Source: Phyllobates terribilis
Taxonomy: Eukaryota
Assembly: GCF_046119375.1 (NCBI RefSeq)
Contig: NW_027362772.1
Span: 310,558,001-310,622,000 of the forward strand
Length of the DNA: 64,000 nt
Reading direction: 5' to 3'
Within the stretch, counting starts at the first letter, position 1. The number at the start of each line of letters is the position of its first letter. Under the pieces are notes generated by a model, which was given only the letters and a program-made list of their open reading frames with translations, was not told the DNA's origin and did no database searches. Below, piece by piece: positions 23,776 to 37,300 of this stretch. The position numbers were made by a program, and so were the translations under genes.

Positions 23776-24893
23776 CAAGTCCGCTCCACCGGCTGTACAC
23801 TGAACGTGCTGACATCACTACAGTCCGCTCCGCCGGCTGTACACTGAACGTGCTGACATCACTACAGTCCGCTCCGCCGGCTGTACACTGAACGTGCTGA
23901 CATCACTACAGTCCGCTCCGCCGGCTGTACACTGAACGTGCTGACATCACTACAGTCCGCTCCGCCGGCTGTACACTGAACGTGCTGACATCACTACAGT
24001 CCGCTCCGCCGGCTGTACACTGAACGTGCTGACATCACTACAGTCCGCTCCGCCGGCTGTACACTGAACGTGCTGACATCACTACAGTCCGCTCCGCCGG
24101 CTGTACACTGAACGTGCTGACATCACTACAGTCCGCTCCGCCGGCTGTACACTGAACGTGCTGACATCACTACAGTCCGCTCCGCCGGCTGTACACTGAA
24201 CGTGCTGACATCACTACAGTCCGCTCCGCCGGCTGTACACTGAACGTGCTGACATCACTACAGTCCGCTCCGCCGGCTGTACACTGAACGTGCTGACATC
24301 ACTACAGTCCGCTCCGCCGGCTGTACACTGAACGTGCTGACATCACTACAGTCCGCTCCGCCGGCTGTACACTGAACGTGCTGACTTCACTACAGTCCGC
24401 TCCGCCGGCTGTACACTGAACGTGCTGACATCACTACAGTCCGCTCCGCCGGCTGTACACTGAACGTGCTGACATCACTACAGTCCGCTCCGCCGGCTGT
24501 ACACTGAACGTGCTGACATCACTACAGTCCGCTCCGCCGGCTGTACACTGAACGTGCTGACATCACTACAGTCCGCTCCGCCGGCTGTACACTGAACGTG
24601 CTGACATCACTACAGTCCGCTCCGCCGGCTGTACACTGAACGTGCTGACTTCACTACAGTCCGCTCCGCCGGCTGTACACTGAACGTGCTGACTTCACTA
24701 CAGTCCGCTCCGCCGGCTGTACACTGAACGTGCTGACTTCACTACAGTCCGCTCCGCCGGCTCTACACTGAACGTGCTGACATCACTACAGTCCGCTCCG
24801 CCGGCTCTACACTGAACGTGCTGACATCACTACAGTCCGCTCCGCCGGCTCTACACTGAACGTGCTGACATCACTACAGTCCGCTCCACCAGT
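23776..24893. repeat. 44-bp tandem repeat, ~25 near-identical copies
   Basis: Unit cagtccgctccgccggctgtacactgaacgtgctgacatcacta; only rare single-base variants (acttc, ctcta). Confidence 0.97.
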
Positions 24894-25338
24894 TGAGAAT
24901 ACATCACTACAGTTAGACTCGGCCGTACAGCACAATGCTGATGACGCCGGCCGTTCCTGGAGGCGCTGCCTGCGTACAGACACATTGGGCCTTGGTCACA
25001 CAGAGACGTGAGGTGCAGCGTCCGGCTGACAGCCCATTAGTGCCGCCTGCACATCATCCCTGGGCATTTCTCACACCAGTCAGCCGTCCCTCCATGATTG
25101 GTTGGTGTTACTGGGGTTTCCTTCAGTATTTTGCACCGGTGCTGCCTCCGCCTTTTCCATGGGGCTGCTGCATCCTGACGTTCGTTACTATTGCGTCTTG
25201 TTACTATTGTGTCTTGTCGGCGCCTTTTTTGTGATGTTCTCTGAATTTCTTATCCTTTTCAATGGGTTACAGTTTAGTCTATGCAATGTGTGATCTAATG
25301 CCAAGCTGATTTATGCCAGTGAGCCGCAGTTCAGAGAA

Positions 25339-25732
25339 TGGCCACTAGATGGCGCCTGGTCCCAACAATTCAGCACAAGTCACAGTAGCCATCAGGTCCA
25401 GGTAGAGCGCGTCAGTCCTAGCACAGGGGGCGACTTCTGATATACGGCTCCTGTGTGCGACTACAAGCCGGTGATTAGGGATTATTCAGTTAGCGAGGCC
25501 TCGTTTATTGGCCTCCCTCACTATAAGGCCAGAAGTCACTATATATTACTATAGGGCAGTGTAGGAAACTATTACTGCCGTCCTTTACTTCCTCCCTGCC
25601 GAGAGACTGGGATGAAGGCACAGTTGCAGGTCGTGGTTGTGTCATAGTTCATCCTAATAGGACACATCCTTTATTGGAGGCTTTTGCATAATGGGACAGA
25701 TCTATATACATTGCTCTCCTGTAGGTGGCGCT
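25339..25732 (+). promoter_or_regulatory. Cluster of CTCF-like motifs
   Basis: tggccactagatggcgcct (25339-25357) and cctgtaggtggcgct (25718-25732) match the CTCF core CCRSYAGRKGGCR well; tagcacagggggcgac (25419-25434) is weaker. All three have the same orientation. Confidence 0.45.
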
Positions 25733-25882
25733 CCGCTACAATCCACGCCTGTCACTGACCTGCCCTTATGTGGGCCATCAGCCTTGCAGACGCAGTGACG
25801 AAGACCGTCCCTATAAAATTGACCTTCCTTTGAGCTAGTTGAGAATCGGGAGCATTACATTTGTTCTATGAAACTCTCCAAC

Positions 25883-26960
25883 ATGGCCAGAAAAAGAGAA
25901 CTTTCATGTGAAACTCGACAGTCTATTCTTGTTCTTAGAAATGAAGGCTATTCCATGAGAGAGATTGCCAAAAAACTGAAGATTTCCTCCAACGGTGTGT
26001 ACTACTCCCTTCAGAGGAGAGCACAAACAGGCTCTAACCAGAGTAGAGAGAGAAGTGGGAGGCCCCGCTGCACAACTGAGCAACAAGACAAGGACATTAT
26101 AGGAGAGCACAAACAGGCTCTAACCAGAGTAGAGAGAGAAGTGGGAGGCCCGCTGCACAACTGAGCAACAAGACAAGGACATTAGAGTCTCTAGTGTGAG
26201 AAATCGACGCCTCACAGCTCCTCAACTGGCAGCTTCATTAAATAGTACACGCAAAACGCCAGTGTCAACGTCTACAGTGAAGAGGCGACTCCGGGATGCT
26301 GGCCTTCAGGGCAAAGAAAAAGCCATATCTGAGACTGGCTAATAAAAGGAAAAAATTAATATGGTCAAAAGAACACAGACATTGGACAGAGGAAGATTGT
26401 AGAAAAGTTTTATGGACAGACGAATCAAAGTTTGAGGTGTTTGGATCACACAGAAGAACATTTGTAAGACGCAGAACAACTGAAAAGATGCTGGAAGAGT
26501 GCCTGACGCCATCTGTCAAGCATGGTGGAGGTAATGTGATGGTCTGAGGTTGCTTTGGTGCTGGTAAAGTGGGAGATTTGTACAAGGTAAATGGGATTTT
26601 GAATAAGGAAGGCTATCACTCCATTTTGCAACGCCATGCCATACTCTGTGGACAGCGCTTGATTGGAGCCAATTTCATCCTACAACAGGACAATGACCCA
26701 AAGCTCACCTCCAAATTATACATGAACTATAGGGAAGAAGCCGGCAGCTGGTATTCTATCTGTAATGGAGTGGCCAGCGCCGTCACCAGATCTCAACCCC
26801 ATTGAGCTGTTGTGGGAGCAGCTTGACCGTATTGTACGCAAAAAGTGCCCATCAAGCCAATCCAACCTGTGGAGGGTCTTCAGGAAGCATGGGGGGAAAT
26901 GTCTCAAGAAACCTCAGGAAATGAACAGCTAGAAACCAAAGGTCTGCAATGCTGGAATTG
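25883..26960 (+). pseudogene. Tc1 (DDE) transposase pseudogene
   Basis: MARKRELSCETRQSILVLRNEGYSMREIAKKLKIS...RSGRPRCTT, then KVLWTDESKFEVFG, VKHGGGNVMV*, FILQQDNDPK and DLNPIELLW. It has frameshifts, a stop and an 86-bp internal duplication; no TIRs were seen. Confidence 0.9.
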
Positions 26961-27759
26961 CTGCAAAGGAGCATGTATATTATACATTGTATCGAATGGG
27001 GATCCCAGGACCAGATTACATCCGGGAGAACTTTCCGACCCTAGGACCGTTCTTGTTTCCTTCCCCTGCCGTCTAATGGCTTCAACTGATACAATACACT
27101 CCTGAAATACTCTGTGCTGCAGGTGTTGTCCATCATCTGCACCCAGGTAGTCTCTGCCCTTATAGTCTGATTCCACTGACTGGCAGTGTCCGTATGGCAG
27201 CACGGTGATGGACGCCTGGAGTTGATGTTTTATAATGTCAGCACTAACAAGACTAATAAGTTACAGTGTCACATCTGGTCCGCAGAGCAGCGGCGGCCAT
27301 ATGTATCAGCGAGGGAGGGGTTAACACGGAGCAATGTGTTTCCTTTATTCTCGGGATCTCCTCGGCATCTGTTTTCGGATCATATCCTGACGCCCGGCGA
27401 TCCAATGTGGCAGATAAACCCCCCGAGCCGCGGTGAAGTGTTACCATCCGTCCGCTTATCATCGTGGTGGTCGCCCCCATCTGCTGGTGAGAAATACGAG
27501 CTGATGAAAGCGCTCGACCTGCACAGGAAGACGAAGCGGAGGGGAGACGTCTGTGTGTAACCCGGCTCCAACAACTCGCCCTCAAAAACCACAGTGCCGG
27601 GGGGCGAGGGCCAGGAAATGGGGCCAAGTCGGCAAAGTGTCAGCCGCAGCTCGTGGGAAGAGAGGATTTACAGCCGCTGTACGAGTGTCTGTAACAGGAA
27701 TCGCGCGGTTACTGCTCAGACGATAAAATCGGGAAATAATGTCCAGAAGTTATAAAAAA

Positions 27760-30700
27760 GACAAGGCGGTAAAGACGAGAGTATAAGACACGACGCGATA
27801 AAGACGAGAGTATAAGACACGACGCGGTATAGAGGAGAGTATAAGACACGACTCGGTATAGAGGAGAGTATAAGACACGAAGCGATAAAGACGAGAGTAT
27901 AAGACACGACGCGGCATAGAGGAGAGTATAAGACACGACGCGGTATAGAGGAGAGTATAAGACACGACGCGGCATAGAGGAGAGTATAAGACACGACGCG
28001 GTATAGAGGAGAGTATAAGACACGACTCGGTATAGAGGAGAGTATAAGACACGACGCGATAAAGACGAGAGTATAAGACACGACGCGGCATAGAGGAGAG
28101 TATAAGACACGACGCGGTATAGAGGAGAGTATAAGACACGACGCGGCATAGAGGAGAGTATAAGACACGACGCTGTATAGAGGAGAGTATAAGACACGAC
28201 GCGGTATAGAGGAGAGTATAAGACACGACGCTGTATAGAGGAGAGTATAAGACACGACGCTGTATAGAGGAGAGTATAAGACACGACGCGGTATAGAGGA
28301 GAGTATAAGACACGACGCGGTATAGAGGAGAGTATAAGACACGACGCGGTATAGAGGAGAGTATGAGACACGACGCGGTATAGAGGAGAGTATGAGACAC
28401 GACGCGGTATAGAGGAGCGTATAAGACACGACGCGGTATAGAGGAGAGTATAAGACACGACGCGGTATAGAGGAGAGTATAAGACACGACGCTGTATAGA
28501 GGAGAGTATAAGACACGACGCTGTATAGAGGAGAGTATAAGACACGACGCTGTATAGAGGAGAGTATGAGACACGACGCGGTATAGAGGAGAGTATGAGA
28601 CACGACGCGGTATAGAGGAGCGTATAAGACACGACGCGGTATAGAGGAGAGTATAAGACACGACGCGGTATAGAGGAGAGTATAAGACACGACGCGGTAT
28701 AGAGGAGAGTATAAGACACGACGCGGTATAGAGGAGAGTATAATACACGACGCGGTATAGAGGAGAGTATAAGACACGACGCGGTATAGAGGAGAGTATA
28801 ATACACGACGCGGTATAGAGGAGAGTATAAGACACGACGCGGTATAGAGGAGAGTATAAGACACGACGCGGTATAGAGGAGAGTATAAGACACGACGCGG
28901 TATAGAGGAGAGTATAAGACACGACGCTGTATAGAGGAGAGTATAAGACACGACGCGGTATAGAGGAGAGTATAAGACACGACGCGGTATAGAGGAGAGT
29001 ATAAGACACGACGCGGTATAGAGGAGAGTATAAGACACGACGCGGTATAGAGGAGAGTATAAGACACGACGCGGTATAGAGGAGAGTATAAGACACGACG
29101 CGGTATAGAGGAGAGTATAAGACACGACGCGGTATAGAGGAGAGTATAAGACACGACGCGGTATAGAGGAGCGTATAAGACACGACGCGGTATAGAGGAG
29201 CGTATAAGACACGACGCGGTATAGAGGAGCGTATAAGACACGACGCGGTATAGAGGAGAGTATAAGACACGACGCGGTATAGAGGAGAGTATAAGACACG
29301 ACGCGGTATAGAGGAGCGTATAAGACACGACGCGGTATAGAGGAGCGTATAAGACACGACGCGGTATAGAGGAGCGTATAAGACACGACGCGGTATAGAG
29401 GAGCGTATAAGACACGACGCGGTATAGAGGAGCGTATAAGACACGACGCGGTATAAACGAGAGTATAACACACGACGTGGTATAGACGAGAGTATAACAC
29501 GACACGGTATAGAGGAGAGTATAAGACACGATGCGGTATAAACGAGAGTATAACACACCACCCGGTATAGACGAGAGTATAACACGACACGGTATAGAGG
29601 AGAGTATAAGACATGACGCGGTATAGACGAGAGTATAACACACCACCCGGTATAGACGAGAGTTTAACACAAGACGCGGTATAAATGAGAGTATAAGACA
29701 CGACGCGGTATAGACCAGAGTATAATACACGACGCGGTATAGAGGAGAGTATAAGACACGACGCGGTATAGAGGAGAGTATAAGACACGACGCGGTATAG
29801 AGGAGAGTATAAGACACGACGCGGTATAGAGGAGAGTATAAGACACGACGCGGTATAGAGGAGAGTATAAGACACGACGCGGTATAGAGGAGAGTATAAG
29901 ACACGACGCTGTATAGAGGAGAGTATAAGACACGACGCGGTATAGAGGAGCGTATAAGACACGACGCGGTATAGAGGAGAGTATAAGACACGACGCTGTA
30001 TAGAGGAGAGTATAAGACACGACGCGGTATAGAGGAGCGTATAAGACACGACGCGGTATAGAGGAGAGTATAAGACACGACGCTGTATAGAGGAGAGTAT
30101 AAGACACGACGCGGTATAGACGAGAGTATAAGACACGACGCGGTATAGACGAGAGTATAAGACACGACGCTGTATAGAGGAGAGTATAAGACACGACGCT
30201 GTATAGAGGAGAGTATAAGACACGACGCTGTATAGAGGAGAGTATAAGACACGACGCGGTATAGAGGAGCGTATAAGACACGACGCGGTATAGAGGAGCG
30301 TATAAGACACGACGCGGTATAGAGGAGCGTATAAGACGACGCGGTATAGAGGAGCGTATAAGACACGACGCGGTATAGAGGAGCGTATAAGACACGACGC
30401 GGTATAGAGGAGCGTATAAGACACGACGCGGTATAGAGGAGCGTATAAGACACGACGCGGTATAGAGGAGAGTATAAGACACGACGCGGTATAGAGGAGC
30501 GTATAAGACACGACGCGGTATAAACGAGAGTATAATACACGACGCGGTATAGACGAGAGTATGACACGACACGGTATAGAGGAGAGTATAAGACACGATG
30601 CGGTATAAACGAGAGTATAATACACGACGCGGTATAGACGAGAGTATAACACGACACGGTATAGAGGAGAGTATAAGACACGACACGGTATAGAGGAGAG

Positions 30701-31725
30701 TATAAGACACGACACGGTATAGAGGAGAGTATAAGACACGACGCGGTATAGACGAGAGTATAAGACACGACGCGGTATAGACGAGAGTAAAACACGACAC
30801 GGTATAGAGGAGAGTATAAGACACGACGCTGTATAGAGGAGAGTATAAGACACGACGCGGTATAGAGGAGAGTATGAGACACGACGCGGTATAGAGGAGA
30901 GTATAAGACACGACGCGGTATAGAGGAGAGTATGAGACACGACGCAGTATAGAGGAGAGTATGAGACACGACGCGGTATAGAGGAGAGTATGAGACACGA
31001 CGCGGTATAGAGGAGAGTATAAGACACGACGCGGTATAGAGGAGAGTATAAGACACGACGCGGTATAGAGGAGAGTATAAGACACGACGCGGTATAGAGG
31101 AGAGTATAACACACGACGCGGTATAGACGAGAGTATAAGACACGACGCGGTATAGAGGAGAGTATGAGACACGACGCGGTATAGAGGAGCGTATAAGACA
31201 CGACGCGGTATAGAGGAGAGTATAAGACACGACGCGGTATAGAGGAGAGTATAAGACACGACGCGGTATAGAGGAGAGTATAAGACACGACGCGGTATAG
31301 ACCAGCGTATAAGACACGACGCGGTATAGAGGAGAGTATAAGACACGACGCGGTATAGAAGAGCATATAAGACACGACTCGGTATAGAGGAGAGTATAAT
31401 ACATGACGCAGTATAGACGAGAGTATAATACATGACGCGGTATAGACGAGAGTATAATACGTGACGCCGTATAGACGAGAGTATAATACATGACGCGGTA
31501 TAGACGAGAGTATAATACACGACGCGGTATAGAAGAGAGTATAACACAACACAACGCGGTATAGACGAGAGTATAAAACATGACGCGGTATAGACGAGAG
31601 TATAATACATGACGCGGTATAGACGAGAGTATAATACATGACGCGGTATAGAGGAGAGTATAATACATGACGCGGTATAGAGGAGAGTATAATACATGAC
31701 GCAGTATAGACGAGAGTATAAAACA
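27760..31725. repeat. 29-bp CpG-rich minisatellite, ~135 copies
   Basis: Unit gacacgacgcggtatagaggagagtataa; it is the source of the 600-1336 aa minus-strand pseudo-ORFs. Confidence 0.97.
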
Positions 31726-31729
31726 CAGC

Positions 31730-32649
31730 TGTGACGATACAGATTATAATCTTAATCAGCCAGACAATTAGATTTGCTAAGCCAAGAGAAATACACTACT
31801 GTGTTCATGGTGACTTGTAAATGTATGTGTATTTCTGTGGTTGTTGAAGAAGAACACACTATTATGTGTATAAAACTGAATGTTGACTTGTCCTCCTTTG
31901 GAATCAATGATGCTTGTTAATATGCTAATGACATGTGAATAAGCAACTAGCTGGCTTAGTATAATAAGAGCCCCTACTATACCCACTATGTAAATTGATT
32001 AGCTAATACAATGAGACCTGAACCCTGTGAGTAATGCCCTCCCTAACCCCTTGACCTGTGGATGTGCTTCTGTAGCTGTGAGACTTGAAACAGAAATTGG
32101 AAAGAGACTTTACACGGAGAGTCAAGGTTCAGACTGTCTGAGACCATCAGCTTGGTAGCATGGCTTTAACCTAAGAGATACAGATTTGGATTCTACATGA
32201 TTCCGGCCTAAGGGTACGGCCCTGACTGGAAAGATACAGATCTGCTCCATTGACCATCAGAGAGCCCATGGATACATTTGGGAAGATCAGGTTGGAACGA
32301 TGACGTCACCTGGCCCCATTGATGTGTTGTTTGGGGTTGCCTGGAGGGACCCATGGAGACATTCGGAGAAGCCAGATGGGGACCAGACGGTCATCTGGCC
32401 CCATGAAAACTCTCATAGGGGCCAGGGTGGGAACTTCGGATCTCCTGGCCTTGTACTTCGATGGACTGTCAGCTTCCTAAGCTTGCCGCTACCTTCTCTC
32501 TATGGGGGCTCGCCCGAAGTGGTGGGCCACTGGTTGAGGTAGTTGGCCCTGGAAGTCTTGTGGTTCAATAAAGTATTGCCACGCTGTTTTACCCTTACCC
32601 TGTGTTGTCTGAGTAGCGTTACACCCACGGAAGACCCCGGGTCTTCACA
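31730..32649 (+). mobile_element. Probable solo LTR, 920 bp
   Basis: Termini tgtga...tcaca; flanks acagc / acagg (5-bp TSD with one mismatch); aataaa ~80 bp before the 3' end; internal tgacgtca (CRE). Confidence 0.55.
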
Positions 32650-33394
32650 ACAGGTGAGTGGAGAAAAAGTTTTTTTGTTATCAATCATATTTTCTGAAAC
32701 AAGGCCAAGAAAGGAGGTATGTAAACTTTTGAGCACAACTGTATATATCATTCTCCTCCACTGGACAGAAGACGAGGACTCCCGGGCTCATATATCCTGG
32801 AGATTATCTGATTATTACGTTCCCCGGTGTCAGCTGACAGGCACCTTTGTAAGTATAGCGACTACCTCCTCCGCCCCGGTCTCCTTCATCTCACAGGTCC
32901 ACGAATCCTCAGCTCAGAGCCGACACTCGGGACAGACTGGTTATTCTGGATTCTTGTAAAAACATACACCAGTTACTCCAGGAAGTGTCTACAAACTATC
33001 ACTGCATATTAAATCCAGACACAAAAAAACAAAAATGCCCCCGAGAACTGAACTCTGAACAATGCGTTTTGGGATCACACTGATCTGCTCATCTCTGTGA
33101 CCTGAGCCCGAGACGCGTGGTCACAAGATGTAAAGAAGCATTCAAGCAAATCATTACGGAGTCCGAGAAGCAACCAGTATGGTCCAAGGATCTTCTAGAT
33201 CTCTCCAGTGTTTGACATCGTAGCCCACCATCTCCTCAGAATGTTTTGTTGTATTCACTTTAAAGGCATTGTCTGATTTATTTAAAAAAAACTTTTAACA
33301 TGCAGGTAATGTAATAAAGTAATAAAAGAAGCTGCAATCTCTGGCTCCAACCCCCAATGTTCCAGTGGTCTCCAGCTCTTTAGTCTCGTAATGA

Positions 33395-34310
33395 TCCACC
33401 ACCCTTCCAGTGTCCTCCTATCCGCCATTGATCCACCCACCCTACGTGTCCTCTCTGTTCTGCTAATGATCCACTACCCTATCTGTACTCCCAGATCAAC
33501 CGATGATCCACCACCCTACCTGTGTCCTCCAATCTGCCAATAATTCACCACCCTAACCGTGCCCTCTGATCCGCCAATGACCCACCACCCTACCAGTGCT
33601 CTATGTTCTGCTATCCACCACCCTACCTGTGCTCCCCAATCAACCGATGATCCACCACCCTACCCGTGCCCTCTGATCCGCCAATGATCCACCACCCTAC
33701 CTGTGTTTTCTGATCTACCAATGATCCGCCACCCTACCTGTGCTTTCTGATCTACCAATGATCCACCACCCTACCTGTACTTTCTGATCTACCAATGATC
33801 CACCACCCTACCTGTGCTTTCTGATCTACCAATGATCCACCACCCTACCCGTGCCCTCTGATCCGCCAAAGATCCACCACCCTACCTGTGCTTTCTGATC
33901 TACCAATGATCCACCACCCTACCTGTACTTTCTAATCTACCAATGATCCACCACCCTACCTGTGCTTTCTGATCTACCAATGATCCACCACCCTACCCGT
34001 GCCCTCTGATCCGCCAATGATCCACCACCCTACCTGTGCTTTCTGATCTACCAATGATCCACCACCCTACCTGTACTTTCTAATCTACCAATGATCCACC
34101 ACCCTACCTGTGCTTTCTGATCTACCAATGATCCACCACCCTACCCGTGCCCTCTGATCCGCCAAAGATCCACCACCCTACCTGTGCTTTCTGATCTACC
34201 AATGATCCACCACCCTACCTGTGCTTTTTGATCTACCAATGATCCACCACCCTACCTGTACTTTCTGATCTACCAATGATCCACCACCGTACGTGTGCTA
34301 TCCGATCTAC
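33395..34310. repeat. 37-bp tandem repeat, degenerate at the left end
   Basis: Unit atgatccaccaccctacctgtgctttctgatctacca. Confidence 0.92.
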
Positions 34311-37300
34311 TAACAGTCTAAAGGTGCCCGTACATCTTAGATGGCAGTCAGCTGAATGCTTCTTCTGATTAATGGATCCCTCCTGATCCCTCTATACATA
34401 TGAACCCTCAGATGTCTTCTCTATGGGGAGAGAAAGCCACTGATAACACTTATCAGGCAGGGTCTTTTCTGACTGGAGAGCAAAAAGATCAAGCCTTTGA
34501 ATTCAAAAGGCCCAATCTTTTCTCCACCAACATCATTTTGTCCTGGGATGGCCGGGAGGCCCGCATACATACCCGCATACATATTCGATGGCCAGTGACA
34601 GGAAGCGTGTGCATATGTGGCACCCTGCTGTTCACAGGTACAACAGGTCCCAAAAGGGTGCATGAATGGACTTCTCCACAAGAGGCCCTCATTACATGCA
34701 GACACCTCCACCCTTCCACCTCATACCACCAGAGGGAGCCCGTTAGGGATATATATATATATATGGAGGGTGGAGCCAGGCAGTCAGATAGTTTAGTGAG
34801 AGAGTTCAGAGAGTGTGCTGCCACTGAGAGCAGTGAAGACGCAGCACGTCTGCTGCTGAATTGAGGGCCCCGAGTGTGGCCAGAGGCAGTAAGGAGAGGA
34901 GAGAGGAGTTGAGGGGGCAAAGGAGCATCATAGGCTCACCCCAAGACACAAACCGGACACCGGGTCCGCGCCTACAGGGTCCTCTATACCCAGTAGGGAC
35001 TACCGGCTTACCAGGAGGCTTCCAGACCCCTGGTCATCCTGAAGCTACCAGCAATAACCGGACTAGGAACCACGAAGGCCCCGGCGTCCAGGGATAGTGG
35101 TTGACAAAGAAAGGTCCTACTACCAAGCGGTCAGGTGAGAGAGCAACACAACACAGAAGCTAGGCCAAGTTCCAGGCTGGCTAGAAGCTTAGAGAGAGGG
35201 AGACACAGATCAGGAGGCCTTATACCCGCTCACTGGGGAGAAGTCCTGAAGTGCACCTGACGCGCCCCCTGGGCCGTGGGGATACCCGGAGCCGGGCCTT
35301 GTAGATGCTGGGGGTTGTAGTCACCGTGGCGGTGACCCGGTCCGTGACCCAGGGCGGTCAAACCAAGGGGTAGTCTGGGTATGTGTTAATGTCAGACTAC
35401 GCCACCTGTGGATTGCGGTTATTGGTAACCGCCGCTGCGGAGCAGTCCACTGAAGCCGATGGTGTGTGCAGCAAGGTGATGTGACTCCCCACAGGAAGAG
35501 TGTAGCTTCAGGGCAGCGTGTATGGATGATGGTGGTTATGGCGCAGGTAGTCAGTAATGACACGGAGTCAGATAGTGCAGTCCCAGGTCTTTTACTCACA
35601 ATTGTAGCAGTTCCAGAGACAGGGCCAGTGTAGGAGCCCACGGCGTCCTGTGTTCACGCAGTGAGGGGCTCGGTCGACCCTCAGGTATCTCTGGAGCATT
35701 TAGGAGGACCCCCTTCTGTGTGTCCTCTCTGGCCTCTCTCCTTGTACCTCACACCTAGCGGCACCTCTGTCCAGTGTGCTCGGGCCTTGGCGGGTGACGT
35801 GTGTTCCATCGCCTGGCCCTATGTGGCTACCTTTCTAGTGGCTGGTGTGGACGGCTTGCTGTACTTGAAGTGCTGCAGCCTCCGGTTCCCAGTTGAGCCC
35901 TGTAGTCTCTGCTGGCTGGGCGACCCGGTTCCCCTCTTCTGGCCTGACCCCCCTACCTCCTGGCAGCGGCGGGCGTACGGGTGGCTTGCTGCATGGCTCA
36001 TACCCCTGTGGTCCCTTCCCTCCTAGTCCTGGAGCCGTCCTGCTCCCACTCCTCTCTTCTCCTTCCAGGCTCAGGCCTCCAGGCTAGGCCCGCCTCTGGA
36101 GTAGAGCTCATGCAGAGCCTCTGCTCCTGTCACTTTCACTCTCCACCACTGACTGGAACTGAACTCTGACCTAAGATGGTTCCTTCCTTTTATACCTTCT
36201 ACTCCAGTGCTCCCAGGATCTACGTCCTCCACCCACCCACTACATAGTTCCCCCTCTCTAGGTGGTTCCTCCCCACTCCAGCCAGGGATCAGGGACACTT
36301 GTGCTCTACTGTAGGAGCATTATCGTCCTGTCCCCCAGAAATGTGGTGTAGTGGATGTAGTGTTAGGGTCCTGAGCCATACTCCTTCCTTACCTGAGAGT
36401 GAGGTACCACATCTCTGGGTGAGATGCAATACCTCTGTGGCGACTGAACCCTCAGGGGCGTCACACGCCCCCCCCCCCGGTAAAACACAGCACGTCCGCG
36501 GGCTGGAACAGAGCAAAAGACAAATTTTAAAGACATGCAAAATTTTAGGACATGTCCGCATACAAGATCACAAACAACATCTCTTCCCTTTATTGGAGGC
36601 ATACTTCTTTAACGTTACTGGTTACATTTCATTTACCAAAACACTATAAACACTTTCTTCACATGTTATAAAACATTTCATCATATTTTGGCATTTGTCA
36701 TGTAGCACCCTGAGGATTCGGCTGCTACAGGGGTATTGCACCTCAACCAGAGGTGTGATATTCCACTCCCGGGTAAGGATGGAGTGTGAAACTGAGCTCA
36801 GAAAGCTGCATGCACTACACACATCCCATTTCCGAGGAACAGACCAACGGTACTCCCACTTAGAAATGTGCAGGTACGACCGAGTCTGTTCCTGGCTGGA
36901 GTGGGAGGGGGGTGGTACATCCCAGTAGTGTAGGGGCAGATAGGGGGAGCAGCCTGGGTAAAGTTAGGAGCTCATTGGGTGCTGGTCACCTGAGCTCACA
37001 CATAGAGGGAGTATATAAGGTGGGCACCATCTAAGATCAGGGTCAGTCTGCCACAGTCGGTCAGTCTGTGAGAAGTCAGAGGAGGAGAGCAGAGCAGCCC
37101 CAGAGCAAGAGTGAGAGAGAGGAGAAAGGAAGAAAGACCCAGAGGGGGTGAAAGAAAAGGACTCTGAGAACCCAAAGTCCATCACCGGGTGAAGAGTTGG
37201 CAACTGGGTACCGGATCCCAAACTGGTGGGGGCTAAAGCACACCCTAGCCAGAGACCGGAGGCCGTGGGCAGGGTCTGCCACGGCCACGCACCACATCCA

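Noticed and set aside
23776-24893. CRISPR-like appearance of the 44-bp array (and of the 29- and 37-bp arrays)
   Set aside because: The units are head-to-tail with no unique spacers, there are no cas genes, and the context is eukaryotic.
27505-27545. ctgatga motif as a possible hammerhead core
   Set aside because: No stem II followed by GAAA and no closing stem I could be formed.
27709-31726. 1319- and 1336-aa minus-strand ORFs as genes
   Set aside because: They are pure 29-bp repeat translations cycling through three frames.
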